Shown here piece after piece: positions 1 through 13,656 of a DNA stretch of 64,000 nucleotides. Origin of the DNA: Octopus sinensis (taxonomy: Eukaryota). The stretch lies in contig NC_043003.1 in NCBI RefSeq assembly GCF_006345805.1, positions 6,076,001-6,140,000 of the forward strand, given 5' to 3'. The notes under the pieces were generated by a model. The model did not search any database. It had not been told where the DNA came from and was given only the letters and a program-made list of their open reading frames with translations. Each line of letters begins with the position of its first letter. Within the stretch, counting starts at the first letter, position 1. The position numbers and the translations under genes are program-made.

Positions 1-1206
1 TGGTCTGATCATGTTGTGGTTACTGTTGCAGTCTTAAGCGTTGGAGTGGAATAGTGTAGTGTGGGACAGAGTGGTGTACGGTAGTGTAGTAGTGTTGTAG
101 GGCGAGGTTGAAGTAACTGTAATACTTGATTCATAAGTAGACTAACACTAAAGTACTATTTGTCTCTGGAATGACTCCGAAGTATGACTCATATCTAGAG
201 TGACTCTGAAATATGACTCATCATTCGAATATCTAATGTTCTTATATTCAGAAACATTGCTGAAATGACTCTTGAATAAGACTCATAGTTAAACTGTGGC
301 TAATGGAGGACTCAGGGTTATTTGTGTTGGAGATGTCATTGATGGAGATGACAAGTTGTTGTTATTGGGAAGAAGGAAGGCTAGGGGAGACATGCATGAG
401 GGCAATAGGGGTTACGTCATGGTTCATGGCTTGGTTAATTTCAGGGACTTGATAATTCCATTGGATTCTGCTTGTCTGTGTACAAGTGGATGGAAAAGGG
501 TAGATTTGGAGGGAACAAACCTTGGGTGTGGTGGGGTAGACTCGTTGCAAATCGTGCAGCGAATGTTAGGGCCTCTTCACGAGTGTGCCTCTTAAAAAGG
601 TGTGCATTTTAAAGAGGGGTGTGACTAGGTGAGTGTGGACCTCATCTTTTAAAGGAGAGTCTAAGGGAAAAGTGTAGCCATGTCAGCTGGTCAGCAGAGA
701 TGGACTATAAATACCTAAGGGCTGTAAGAATTGTACATGAAAGCGGGATCGGGTTTAGGTAACACTTAAGGGGTAATGTGTGGGTGGAGGAAAGATGGAG
801 TCTATGAATCAAGAGGGTCTTTGAGTTCACATCTGAACAATTAGGGGTCTGTGAATGAGATTGCTGCGCCGTGCGGTAACGATCAACATGATCTCATAAG
901 GCCTGGTCAGAACACTTGCAGTAGAGCGAAGTCCTTTCAAATCACCCATAGATTAGATAATGGTACTTTCTGCCCTTCAAGTTTTTTAAAGAAATGACGT
1001 ATGATTTGAGGGAGGTTTGGCTACTATGTTTAGCAGGTTGAGAAACAATGTTAATTCTTCGTCGCTGAATGGTCACACAATTCTGATACTATCATTATTT
1101 CTGATTGCAATATGGCTGTTGTTGTTGTTGCTGTTTTTCTGGTGGTGGTGGTGGTGGTGGTGGTAGTTGTGGTGGTGTAGTGATGGAACTGGTAGCGTGG
1201 CGTTGA

Positions 1207-1244
<38 letters not shown>

Positions 1245-3272
1245 TTGGTAGTAGTGACGTCGGTGATGATGATTTAGTCATTGTTGGTGTCGGTAGCGTG
1301 GTCTTGGTGGTGTGATGTTCATCTTGGTGGCAGTAGAAGAAGAGGCTGTGGTGGTGGTGGTGGTGGTGACGGTGGTGGTGGTGGTGGTGGTGGTGGTGGT
1401 GGTGGTAGTGGTGGTGACGGTGGTGGTGACGGTGGTGGTGAAGGTGGTGGTAGTGGAGATGGAGATGGTGGAGGTGGTGGTTGTTGTGGTGGCGGTGCTG
1501 GAGGTGGTAGTGGTGGTGGTGGTGAAGGCGGTGGTGGTGGTGGAGATGGTGGTGGTGGCGGTGGTGGTGGTGGTGGTGGAGATGGAGAGGGTGGTGGTGG
1601 TGGTGGTGGTGATGGAGATGGTAGTGGTGCTAGTGATGCTGGTGTTTTTACTATTGTCTTTACTATCCTTAGTCCTGTTGCACTTGTACATATTGCTGAT
1701 GCTGATGTTGATGTTGATGTCATTTTTTTTGAGGTTGCTGTTGTTTCTGATGTTATTGTTGTGGTTGTTGCTGTCACAACTGCATTTCCCATCGTTCGTG
1801 CCGCTGCAGTCCTTCATTGCTACTATAGCTGCAATTTTGCCGTTGTTGTTGTTGTTGTTCCTTTCGATGTTGTTCGCCTTGTTGTTGTTGTTCTTGTTGT
1901 TGTTATCGCCCCACTAAAATAGGTGAGATCGTGATATGTAGACAAATAGTTCCGCCATTTTAACTGACTTGTTGCTTTATTGTTTTTAGTTTTTCCTCCA
2001 TTTTGTTGTTACATTCCTCATCGAAAACTATTAGTGTTGCCATTGTCGTTGTTGTTGTCGTTGTTGTTGTTACTGCTGCTGCTTTGTGTTTATTCTGTTT
2101 GTTTTGTTTCAATATTGGCAGAAGAGGGGGGGCGTGGGGATGTATTTTTTTTTAGTCTTTTGATCAAATTTTTTTTATTTATTTAAATTTGTTTTTGCAG
2201 TTTTGCTACATTTTATTTGTGATCTCTGGGTTTATTTGATCTCATTAGCAGGCGACATTGTGATGATGTCCTTGTCACACACTATTGTCGTCTTGATGAT
2301 ACTTCAGGAAGAAACGACGAGCTAAAAATCAAGACACATTTAAAAAACGGAGAAAGGAAAGAAGGAAAGAAGGAAGGAAGGAAGGAAAAAAGGACGACTT
2401 ATGAAAGGGAAGAGAGAGAAGAGGAAATGCAATAAAAAGGAAAATAAAATGAAACCACAATGGCATAAAAAATATAACAATCAGAAAAAAGGAAAAATCG
2501 TTTGAAAGAAGGAAAGGAGACGAATGAAAAGAAGAATGGAAGTTGGGAATGATTGAGGAGATCGGGGAAGAAAGAATAAATAAATATATAAATTGGAGAA
2601 AATTTATGCAGAGAAAAAAAACGCAAAACGAAAGAGGACGAAAAGAAGAATGAAAGGGACACATACACGCATATACACACACGCACTCACACACACACAC
2701 ACACACACTCACGCACATACACACATATACACACACATGCACATATTTACATACATGCGACTGTGTCTGAGGGCGTGTGTGCGCGAGTGCGCATGCGCTG
2801 TGTGCGCAGGGCGAGATGTACGGAGAGATAAAAATTGAAATAAGAGTCGGAAAATGGAAACCTAGTTAACTTGGGAATGGATTAAATTAGTGATATTTCG
2901 GAAAGAGTATACACACGGAAAAGCATCGGCATATACATACATGCATAAATATACATATATACACACAAACGTATACGCATAAGCAATCGCTTCCACCAAA
3001 TCAAAGATGCACATACGCGTAGGTACACACACACACACACAAACACACATGCATGAATACATATGTAGCTATATGTCTTTATTTATCTATCTGTGTGTGT
3101 GGGTGTGTGTATTTATATGTTTTACACCGGAAACTTCAGTAACCATGCATAACTATTTATTTATTTTTATATATGTATATATCCCTCATCTTTATCCCTT
3201 GTGGCAAATAAATTAAATAATTATTAATATCATTAGCATTATTATTGATATTAATATATATGCTTGTATATG

Positions 3273-3339
<67 letters not shown>

Positions 3340-3384
3340 ATTTACATATCTATACACACATATTCATATTTATACTTATATATG

Positions 3385-3452
<68 letters not shown>

Positions 3453-4558
3453 AATATATATATATATACATAAATATATATATATATAGAGAGAGAGAAA
3501 GAGACAGAGAGAGAGAATTTTCACTAACCGTCACACCTTGTTTCACGCTTCCGACTTATGGACGGTAGTAAATATAGAGCGATTTCAACCACCAGTACAT
3601 GCATCTCTCTTGTCACAGAACTTTAAAAGAAAATACTATTCAAATATTTGAATACGATGCTAGGTTCTGTCTAATTTGAGGGGAACCTGTCATCTTACTA
3701 CACATGGATTATCAGCGCAAACCGCGGTATATCTATGATATGAGCATATGCTTTGTCGATGGGGAAATTAAGAAAATAAAAATTGGTTTTGGTGCGTGTT
3801 ATTCCCTCTTTAGAGTTCAGCTTCAATATAATTAATATAGAAGATATCAGTAACATTTGCATATTGACCTCTACATTTAATCGTGATTAGCAAGGTGGTA
3901 TCCATGTTTGTGACCAGTGTAATTTAGCGATGAGTTTAAGGAAGTAAAGTCCTGTGTTATGAGAAAGTCTTCCATCATAAATTGCCAATTTTTATGAAGA
4001 ATTCTGTAGAGACACGAGAGTTATTTACAAATGGTTTTTCTATTCGATTTTCTTGCGTTGTATACAGTAATAAATTGCATGTTATCTTTCATGTAATAGT
4101 GAACTAGCAAGATGTCATATTTGTATGGCCATTATAATAGTTAGAGTCGTGAAGTTTATTATTTTCATGATTACACTTAAATTTATAAATTATGGAGGAC
4201 ACATCAAACAAACGGTCAAAATGCAAATAATCATTGTAATGTCTTCACCACTCACATAGTTATCATGATGACATTATCAAACTTTTTCCCGTTTGTTCCT
4301 CCCTCCCTCTCTCTCACTCTTTCTCTCTCTTCATATATGCGAGTGTCTGTGTGCGTGCGTGCATGCATGCGTGTGTGGGTGGGTGGGTGCTTATGTATAT
4401 ATGTATGCGTGTTTGTTCGTTAGGATTTACTTCAGAGCCCCCCGCCCTGCAGAATTCAAACCAATCACCAACAAAATTCAAGCCTCTTGCATTAAAACAA
4501 GACGGCGCTTTGTGGATGTGCTAGTGTAATATACATACATGCATACATGCATGCATAC

Positions 4559-4611
<53 letters not shown>

Positions 4612-4779
4612 TGTGCGTGTATTTATCTCTGTGTGTGTCTATATTTGTGCGTCTGTATATATATGTGTGTGTGTGTGTGCTTTATAATTGTTTATGTATG
4701 TGTATGTCTTGTATGTATTCCACATATGCCTGTCATTGCAGGAGTGTAGGGGATATACGTGCGTTGCCTTAATTCCCGA

Positions 4780-5560
4780 TATATTTTGCAGTAGTGATTG
4801 CTTATTCAATTAAGGTCTGTGATCATGGCATCTTCATTGTCCGTCACGCGACAAATAAACTGTCTAATCAGAATCGTTTCAAAGCTAAATCAAAAGGCTT
4901 TACAAGACAACTCCACAGATTTTATGCGCTGATAATTGGGATCCTCTCGTCCACTTGCAACAATATATTAATATATAATGAACCCCTTCTTCAAGGATTC
5001 TACGGTTTTGGGACTTGCAATAAACCTGGAGAAATCTCGTGTTATGCTTCCATTTGCACCAGGAGAGATTTTATGGAGAACCAAATATTATTCAAAGAAC
5101 CAGACATGATGCAGAGGATAATTTGTGTAACTTGCCAGTACTTTCTTCTGAGATGAATCCCTAGATTTCGAAATTGAAGCAAAATTTGCATCTGAGACCG
5201 AAAGAGAAATGGGTTTGGTCAGGCAGGGGCTCGAAACTGCTTCCCAAGCTATGCATCTATAGTGTTTGTATGACATTCCTGTTGAAATCATCGGACACAA
5301 AGATCTTGTCATGATGTCATATTAAAATACTTGAGAAATGCCAACATATTTTTCTAGGAAGATTTCGAACATCAATCTTATGTCTTTCGTGGCTGAGAGA
5401 GAAGTCTTATAAAATGTAGGATGTCTGTGAATGGCAGCTTACCTTATTAAGCACCATGGATGATCGGTTTGTCACGTCATTGGTCCTGGTGATTTTACGC
5501 ATCCGAAACGACTATGTGATGGAGAATATCTGTAAGCTTCTACCATCACAAACCAAAAAT
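4780..5560 (+). mobile_element. Decayed RTE-clade LINE fragment (RT C-terminal/thumb region)
   Basis: Frameshifted translation gives LGLAINLEKSRVMLPFAPG, DFEIEAKF and KILEK..HIFL, resembling the RTE motifs FGLxIxxxKTxVMxQPAPG, DxEIxxRI and KxLERFH. Multiple stops. Confidence 0.6.
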
Positions 5561-6556
5561 GTGATTTCATGACGTTACCAAAAAATTAGCTTAATTTTAA
5601 TATTATCACTTCTCACTGCAAACATCAGGTTCTCAACCGAAGCAAATCATTGCTCCATAGGGCAAGAAGAGAAAGCAGTAGTTTTTTAAAAAATCAGATT
5701 TCCCATCGGTGCTTGTTAAAGTGTCCAGAGATAAGCTGACCTGTGCAGTGTGGGGTCACATCACACTTACACATATTACGTCTGTCGTCTATGAACGGCA
5801 ATATATCAGGAGATCAACAAGGGAATGATATATTTTATGCCCATCTATATTGCATACGTTCAGCTCAAACAGCAACATCGAAGGATTACGGACCTGTGTG
5901 TCCAAGAGTGTGTTTATCGAGTTGTTACGCTAAAAGTCCACAAGGTGGGGCTGTTGTTTTTTATGAGTCTCCATTAAATTATTTGCTACATTTGCCACAA
6001 AAATGAAAGTGCTTTGAAAACAACATAGGTCTAAGTAGTCGTCTGAGGGACTTTGGTATAAATGCTATTAAACCAAATAGCATTTGGTTTAATAGCCTTG
6101 TAAAATTTGTCATGCTCGAAATCACGTTGTCACTGGCCAATACATACATACATGCATGCATACATACATACACACATACATACATACATACATACATACA
6201 TACACACATGGCACCATCAACATCGGACGTGCAGGTGTAGAGGACCGTTTAAAAAGTCCATTTTGAACGCCTTAGACTAGAAATATGCCGACTTCTCTAG
6301 CCTAAATCGCTAACTGGTTTATTTCTCCAACAATTAATAAGAGAAACACCTTTTACTCGCCATCGTAGCGCTATCCTGAACAGATTTTAAAATATACATC
6401 TACACCACGTGGAATCTTGCTAACACGATGATGGCTGAAACCAACACCACCACAGCCGAAACTAATAACTTCACCAGCGATGAAAACAGAAATACTTAAC
6501 CAATAAGTTATTTAAAAAGACGTAAGGACTCTTCTCATTATATTTGTACTCAATAA

Positions 6557-7100
6557 CTAAACCGAGATTTACTTCGATGCTATGAAAAACCCCGAGATGA
6601 CCCTTCAATCGGATACACGAAGCGGTTAAAACAATATTGGGACGAAGTTCATCCCAACTTAAATACATTTGCGTCGAAACAGCTCCGACAACAAACGTCT
6701 TTTTTAAAAAAAAGAAAGAACAAATCAGCTGGTCCTCGATCCTCCCAAAATACTGAAAATGGGTCAAAATCTACCAGAAGCGGCGTAAAAAATAATGGAA
6801 ACAAACCACCGTTCCTGCCATCGCTAAATTCGAGTGTCTCCAAACTTAGCTCACTCAGTAGCGAGTACATCCAACTCAAAGATATTTTTAAAAAACAATT
6901 CGCAAAAAACTTTGCAACTTTCTCGAAAATTTCGTTGAGCAACAGACCATTCCTAACAAGAGTGAGAAAAAATCCGACCGATATCTTACTCCCTCACCAC
7001 TTTCCCCCACTCCCTGAATCCAATCTCGTAAACATAAATACTCACTCACACACATATTTATTCGCACCCCCACCCCATTTCTCCCTTATTTGTTCCTTCT
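6557..7100 (+). mobile_element. N-terminal ORF fragment of an R4/Dong-like (RLE) non-LTR retrotransposon
   Basis: Stop-free frame from 6557 reads LLRCYEKPRDDPSIGYTKRLKQYWDEVHPNLNTFASKQLRQQTSFLKKR...FSKISLSNRPFLTRVRK. This matches the CY..GYxKRxxxxWxxxxP..QLxxQ N-terminal pattern I recall for R4-type elements. Followed by a SINE at 7102. Confidence 0.55.
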
Positions 7101-7101
7101 C

Positions 7102-7391
7102 GAGCCGCACCTGGCTCATAAGGGCCGGTTTCCCAGTTTCCTTGGCGTATAGATTCCCCACCTGGACGGGACGCCGGTCCGTCGCAGGTGAGTTGCAAGG
7201 TGCAGGAGGAAAGAGTGAAAGAAAGTTGTAGCGAAAGAATCAGCAGAAGTTTCGCCATTACCTTCTGCCGGAGCCACGTGGAGCTTAGGTGTTTTCGCTC
7301 ATAAACACACATATCGCCCGGTCTGAGATTCGAACCCGCGATCACTCGACCGCGAGTCCGCTGCTCTAACCACTAGGCCATGTGCCTCCAC
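7102..7391 (-). mobile_element. tRNA-derived SINE, family B
   Basis: Minus strand starts GTGGAGGCAC with A-box TGGCCTAGTGG and B-box GGTTCGAATC. Body AGGTGTTTTCGCTC..AAACAC is shared with copies at 17985, 24140, 42216 and 62997. Confidence 0.9.
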
Positions 7392-8664
7392 TCCATTACT
7401 CCCTTAATACAATAAAACAAAAACAAGGGTCATGTTAAAATTAGCAGACAAATAACCCTCAAAAAAGCTCTTAGTTTCTTAGAAAAGAGCAAAGGTTCAT
7501 TGGATCATTTTGTCCAGAGTTCCTTTCTCATTGGAAAAAGGTCGGATGGTCATGGCCGGGATGCCTTTAATCATAACTCCCCCTGACAAAGTGTCAAACC
7601 GCAAAAACAATTTACACGGATGGTCACACTTCTAGCCTGTTCCATCACTCCTCTACCCCTTACTTTAATATTCCCCTGCTCCATACACGACACACAGACA
7701 GACACGCAGACAGACAGACACAGAAAAAACAGACAGACACACACACAAACAGTCTGATCCTACAGCCGCCACAAAAATACACCATTTACAAGAGCTCAGC
7801 TATATTTAAACAATAATTTTCTTTTTTATTCCATTGATCAGATCGAATTCTGTGAATCTATTCCAAGAATATCCCTCCCTCACTAACACCCCCGCCCCAT
7901 CACCATTCCAACCTCGACCAACACCACCAACACCAACACCATTGATATCAATAGAACCACCGATACCATTATCACTAATACCAATCAAACACTACCACCG
8001 CCACCGCCACCACCACCACCACCGCTACCATCACACAAACTACAACAACAACAACAACAACAACAGCAAGATTTGATCGCGACTAAAATAATCCCCGAAA
8101 ATTACGATCCAGTCGTATCGATCGATCCTGGATCCTGGTGAGTGGTGGGTGGGGTGAGGGCGCGGGGTAATGACGAAGAAGAAGAAGAAGGGAGAGGGAA
8201 GAGGAAGAGACGAAGAAATGGTAAAGGGGAAGAGAGAGGGGAAGGCGAAACGGAATAAAGCAAAGCAGCCGAGGAAGGATGAAATAAATTAGAAACAATC
8301 CAATTTTAGAACCAGTTGTGATCCAGACGTCACCAGATCCAGTTCAGTGCAGCCTACTACTACTAATACTACTACTGCTCATACTACTACTACTATTACT
8401 ACTACTACTACTACTACTACCACTACTACTACTACTACTACAAGCCTATAATCCCTGCTGCCGCCATTTCCCCTCACCCACCTCTGTTCCATCAATCATA
8501 GTCAACTATTGACATCACATTTCCTATTTTAAATACGCCAACGTTTACAAATATATCTACAGCCACCACCACCACCACCTCATCCTTCTCTTTATCTCTC
8601 TCTCCCTCTCCCCTTCTCTCTCTCTCTCTCTCTCTCTTCATGTGTTTGTGTATGTATGTGTGTA

Positions 8665-8724
<60 letters not shown>

Positions 8725-9199
8725 CATATGTACATTTTTATATCACTTTTCCTTTTTTATATTTTCTACTTTTGACTATTTACAAATAAAATAAAATTTC
8801 TCCGAAATGTAATTAAATGACAGGACTTCAACTGAATTCGAACTTCCGCTTACACGGTTAATAGTTCGATCTTCTGACACAGTCATCATTTCCTAAGATG
8901 TTTCAAAGCACTGGTTTAGGTGTTCGATTCCCATAGCTATAAACAAAACTAAGACAATAACAGCAAAGAAAACGTCAGTTGGAACCTATCGCAAAGACCC
9001 ATATTTATCATTTGTTGATATTTCGTATGTGAGGCTTTCCATCATTTGTGTTGGTCAGCTCATACATGAAAGAGATTTGAATTGAGCGATTGACAAGATT
9101 AAGTTTATTCCCAAACGCTAATATTTCCAAATATCACAGTAACCAATAACGTATTTAATCCCCAGCAGGGTCAGTAAAGCAAGTTGTTAGTCATCCGAA

Positions 9200-9860
9200 G
9201 AGTTTTTTCTTGATAGCCTTTCGTAACTACCTCATCAAGTTGGGAGAGTGCTTTCTATTGACGGTGTGACCCTTTTCAAGAAAGTCAATGAACACAATGC
9301 CTTTTTCTCTCCAAAACCTGAGGCCTTCACCTCCCTCGCAGACGAAACGAACTTGATTTTCATTGGAGCACGTAAACATGGATGTTTCCACTACATGGAT
9401 TATCTCTTTGTCTCTGGCTGGAAGTGATAAATCCAACGCTATTCGTGGATGAGAAATCCAGCTGGATCAGCCTCAAACAATGTCAGATCTTCCTTTGATG
9501 TGATCAGCCTGACACACTTTTGATCAGGTATGAGAAGACGTGGCCTCCACCGAGCAGAAAGCTTCTTCACGCCGAGTTCATTCTGCGGAATGCTCTCAAC
9601 ACTCTCGTGTGATAATAGCATTGGTTATTTGACTTATAGTCAATCAGTACCATGTGGTAAACACGTTCAATGGTTTCCTCGGTGGTGCTAAACGTCCAAA
9701 TCTTGGATTATCTTCAAGATTCTCCCTTCCTCTCCTAAATTCAGCTGCCTACTCTCGCACTACTGATAAAACTGGTGCGTTATTCTGCGGGTAATTGATA
9801 ACACGGTGATGTCAAATTGTGCTCATTTTCTAGAGAAGTCGCTACCAGTTACTTTTGAAG
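9200..9860 (-). mobile_element. Decayed mariner transposase fragment
   Basis: KKLSARWRPRLL (WVPxxL motif) and FWREKGIVFIDFLEKGHTVN, broken by frameshifts and stops. Confidence 0.85.
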
Positions 9861-10020
9861 ACTTCTTTGAACAGTCAGAAAGAAACAATGCAGTTATTAA
9901 TGAGATGTGATGAAATTAATGCATGCAGGATTTCAAAGATTTGACATCATTCCTTCATAGACAGCCATTGGACTTTTCAGCCCACACTCGTGTGTGTATA
10001 TGTGTGTGTGCGTGTGTGTT

Positions 10021-10260
<240 letters not shown>

Positions 10261-11497
10261 AGGCAGACAGACAAACACATGCAGGGATACACAAATATAT
10301 ATTCATCTGCAGGCATAGGCTACCATACATGCACACACACACACACACACACACACACCACACACACACACACACACACGCTCACACACACATATTTTAG
10401 ATAGATAGATAAATAGACAGACAGACAAACAGTGAAAATTCATTGTTGGTGATTCTGGGATTTTGTGTTAAGGATGTAAAATCATTCGAAATGATTATCA
10501 ATGATAGTGACGAAAGCCTTTGAAATGACTTTCAGGGTCTACGCTGTGTTTTTCGTGGTTATTAGCGGGAAGTGGAGTTCGTCCCGTCCTGCTGTGCGCT
10601 GGTGCGCACGAACATGAGTTTTACAACCAAGAAAGGGAAACAAACATGGATGGACAAGATTTTAAAGATGGCAATTAGATTTTTCTTTTAAATTGAAGAA
10701 ATTTAATCGATGGTTCCTCGCAAGGATGGGCTCATACTTTGTAAAGAAAGACACGATTTATGAAGAATGTAATTTTCTGTGCACAACAATCGAAAAACAA
10801 TTAGAAGGAATATTGGCGGAAGGTTGAACTGATATTTTATTGATGTGTGGTGATTGTGTCTTTGGCATGGCACCATTAAAGGTTGGTTTAGAGGGTTGTG
10901 TTGATGCTAGTGATGCAAATTGAGCCTGAAGTAGATTATGTCCAGGTGATGTTCAAGTGAAAAGCGCATTGAAATGTGAATAGGGGGAAGGTGTATCATT
11001 GGTGGTGGTAATTAGGACGATGGCGTTTAGGAGAAAGAAAGTTGGACATAAAACTGACTCTTGTGTTCCATAAGTGTGTGGCCAGAGAGTGCCGTCCAGG
11101 AAAAGTGCCGTCCCAGCACTCGAAACTTGACGGAAGTGATCTGGACGGAAGCCGACATCGACAAGTTACTTGAAATAACAGTCAAATCTCACTTCAATAA
11201 TACCCAACCGATTTAAAATTTGAAGGACATAACAGGGTTTCCTGGTATACTGTTGAAATATAGACGGGATTGTCATGGTTGGGATGAATTTAATCATAGT
11301 TTTATTCGGTCATTGGCAACCTTGGGTTAAAAAACAATAAATCATAATAGCACAACTAAAAAACAAAGAATACATGGTTACAATATCGCCACCATTTTAA
11401 CCATGATCAAATACATACACACCTATCAGTGTATATAGAATTATTTATATCTATGTGGATGTGGATGTGTGTGTACATATATGCATATACATACATT

Positions 11498-11547
<50 letters not shown>

Positions 11548-12180
11548 CATACATACATACATACATACATACATACATACATGCATGCATACATACATAC
11601 ATACGCGCATACATACATACATACATACATGCATACATACATGCATGCATACATATATACCTATATAGATAGGCGCATACATACATACACACACACATTC
11701 TCGTATTCATATAGCCATCAAAGAGCGAAAGCGTCAAAAAAATTATAGACGCCACACACACACACGCACACACACCATATTGCAGGAAAACAAGTCCAAC
11801 ATCACACCATCAGCAACAACAACAACGAGAAGAAAAAGACAACAACCCCCAGAGACTTTACTTCACCACCCCCACCCACCCAGTCCAGCCCAGCCCCGTC
11901 CCACCCCACTTTCGCCGATTTGTCTAGAAATAATAATTTCACTCAGTGTTATCGATGGCAACACTAATAGACTTTTGCTATATATAGTATTGATCACACA
12001 CACATATACTCACACTCATACATACACACGTATACACAAGCACACATACGCGTACGCAATTCAAACACACGCACATATATGTGTGTTTGTGTGTGTTTAT
12101 TAAAATATTTATATATATGTGTGTGTGTATGTATATGTGTGTGGAGTATATATATGTGTGTATATATATATATAAATTTA

Positions 12181-12794
12181 TCTTGTCTCTTTGTTTTCTC
12201 TCCGTGTTGATATATGGACAGTTTAGGTGGTTTTAAAGTCAGATAATGGCTGCTATTTTCAGCATGGTGGTATCTCGTAGATACATTAATTTATAATTTT
12301 AATAATTATTACCTTTGAAGGATATTTTTCCCATGCTGACCACTTGATAAAATCGTTATTTTATTTTCAAATTAACGATATTATCCTTATTTATATAAAT
12401 TTAAATTTATTTCGTCACTGTATTTACTGCGGCGATATTTTGACCATATCTCACATGGAATTAAGTGGCGGGCATTTTGAGCTAGCATACGTGCATATAT
12501 ATGTGGGTATACGTTCGTATATGTAAGTATTCGTATGTTGTATTTGTATATATATGTCTTTATGTTTCTCTTCTGTGTGTATTCTACTGACGAGGCAAAG
12601 CATTCATAAATGCAAAGTCAGAAATCCGGGATCTAGAATTATCCAGTAATTTTTTACTAGTTTCATCTCGTCTCTTCGTTTTCTCTCCGTGTTGATATAT
12701 GGACAATTAAGGTGGTTTTAGAGTCAGCTCATGGCTGCTATTTTCAGCATGGTGGTATCTCGTAGATACATTAATTTATAATTTTAATAATTAT
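12181..12794 (+). mobile_element. Non-autonomous PLE/retrozyme-like unit: 129-bp direct repeats plus an internal hammerhead motif
   Basis: 12181-12309 is nearly identical to 12666-12794 (offset 485). Hammerhead fold at 12581-12639. (TA)-rich tracts on both sides. Confidence 0.65.
12581..12639 (+). ncRNA. Type I hammerhead ribozyme motif
   Basis: ATTCTA-CTGACGA-GGC.aaa.GCATT.cata.AATGC.aaa.GTC-A-GAAA-TC.CGG.GA-TC-TAGAAT. Six-bp stem I, intact CUGANGA and GAAA, AUC triplet. One extra A before GAAA. Confidence 0.75.
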
Positions 12795-12968
12795 ATATAT
12801 ATATATATAAGGATATCTTTATTTTATGCTTACTTGTCATTAGACAGTGGCCATGCTGGAATACTGTCTTGAAGTATTATTAGTTGAATGAATCGACTCC
12901 AGTATTGAACCCCTGTGATTATCTGAGTAACTGAGTATCTGAGTATCTGAATTCCTATGTGAATATGT

Positions 12969-13011
<43 letters not shown>

Positions 13012-13403
13012 GTGTGTATGTGTGTGTGTGTTAAACGAATGAAAAAATAGAGACTTTGGTTCGTCCTTGAAAGAAGTTAGAAATCGTGGAAAAATATAAT
13101 TTGTGATCGTTTAATACCGAATAGGGATATTGTAGAAATGAATAAGGAAAAGGGTACTCTGTGTTATGGGGAGCTTAATGTGAGGTCTATATGCAAGATG
13201 GAAATAGAGACTGATAAGTGTACCCAATATTTCGGAATATACGGTATCTTATATGTACATGCATACATATATATACATGTATACATACATACATGTATAT
13301 ATTTATATATATATATATATACATACATACATATATGTATATGTACATACATATATACATACATACATACATACATACATACATACATACATACATACAT
13401 ACA

Positions 13404-13439
<36 letters not shown>

Positions 13440-13440
13440 T

Positions 13441-13617
13441 ATTTTCCTCTGTCTTCCCTTCTCTGAATCTTTCCTTCTCCTATGTTTCCGACGAAGAGCT
13501 CCGCTCGAAACGTTTAGCCCTCCTTCTTTCCTTCTTTACTGAGCGTCCAATAATACTATATTTGTTCCACGTCCTCGCGTTGTTGTGTTTTTTTGTGCTT
13601 TCTTGTTTGGATTAACT
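13441..13617 (+). mobile_element. PLE-derived short insert (family H2) with minimal hammerhead motif at 13484-13518
   Basis: CCGACGA-A-GAGC.tcc.GCTC-GAAAC-GTT. Homologous to 33722-33930 (-) and 56480-56703 (+). Ends in GGATTAAC then (TA)n. Confidence 0.7.
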
Positions 13618-13622
13618 ATATA

Positions 13623-13656
<34 letters not shown>

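Noticed and set aside
296-960. 99-aa ORF at 296-595 and a possible old LINE on the minus strand (IIKSLKLTKA-like piece)
   Set aside because: Only one short ambiguous motif; no RT or endonuclease signature could be confirmed.
6209-6320. Possible HDV-like ribozyme at the 5' end of the R4-like fragment
   Set aside because: Only a 5-bp P1 candidate; the nested pseudoknot could not be assembled.
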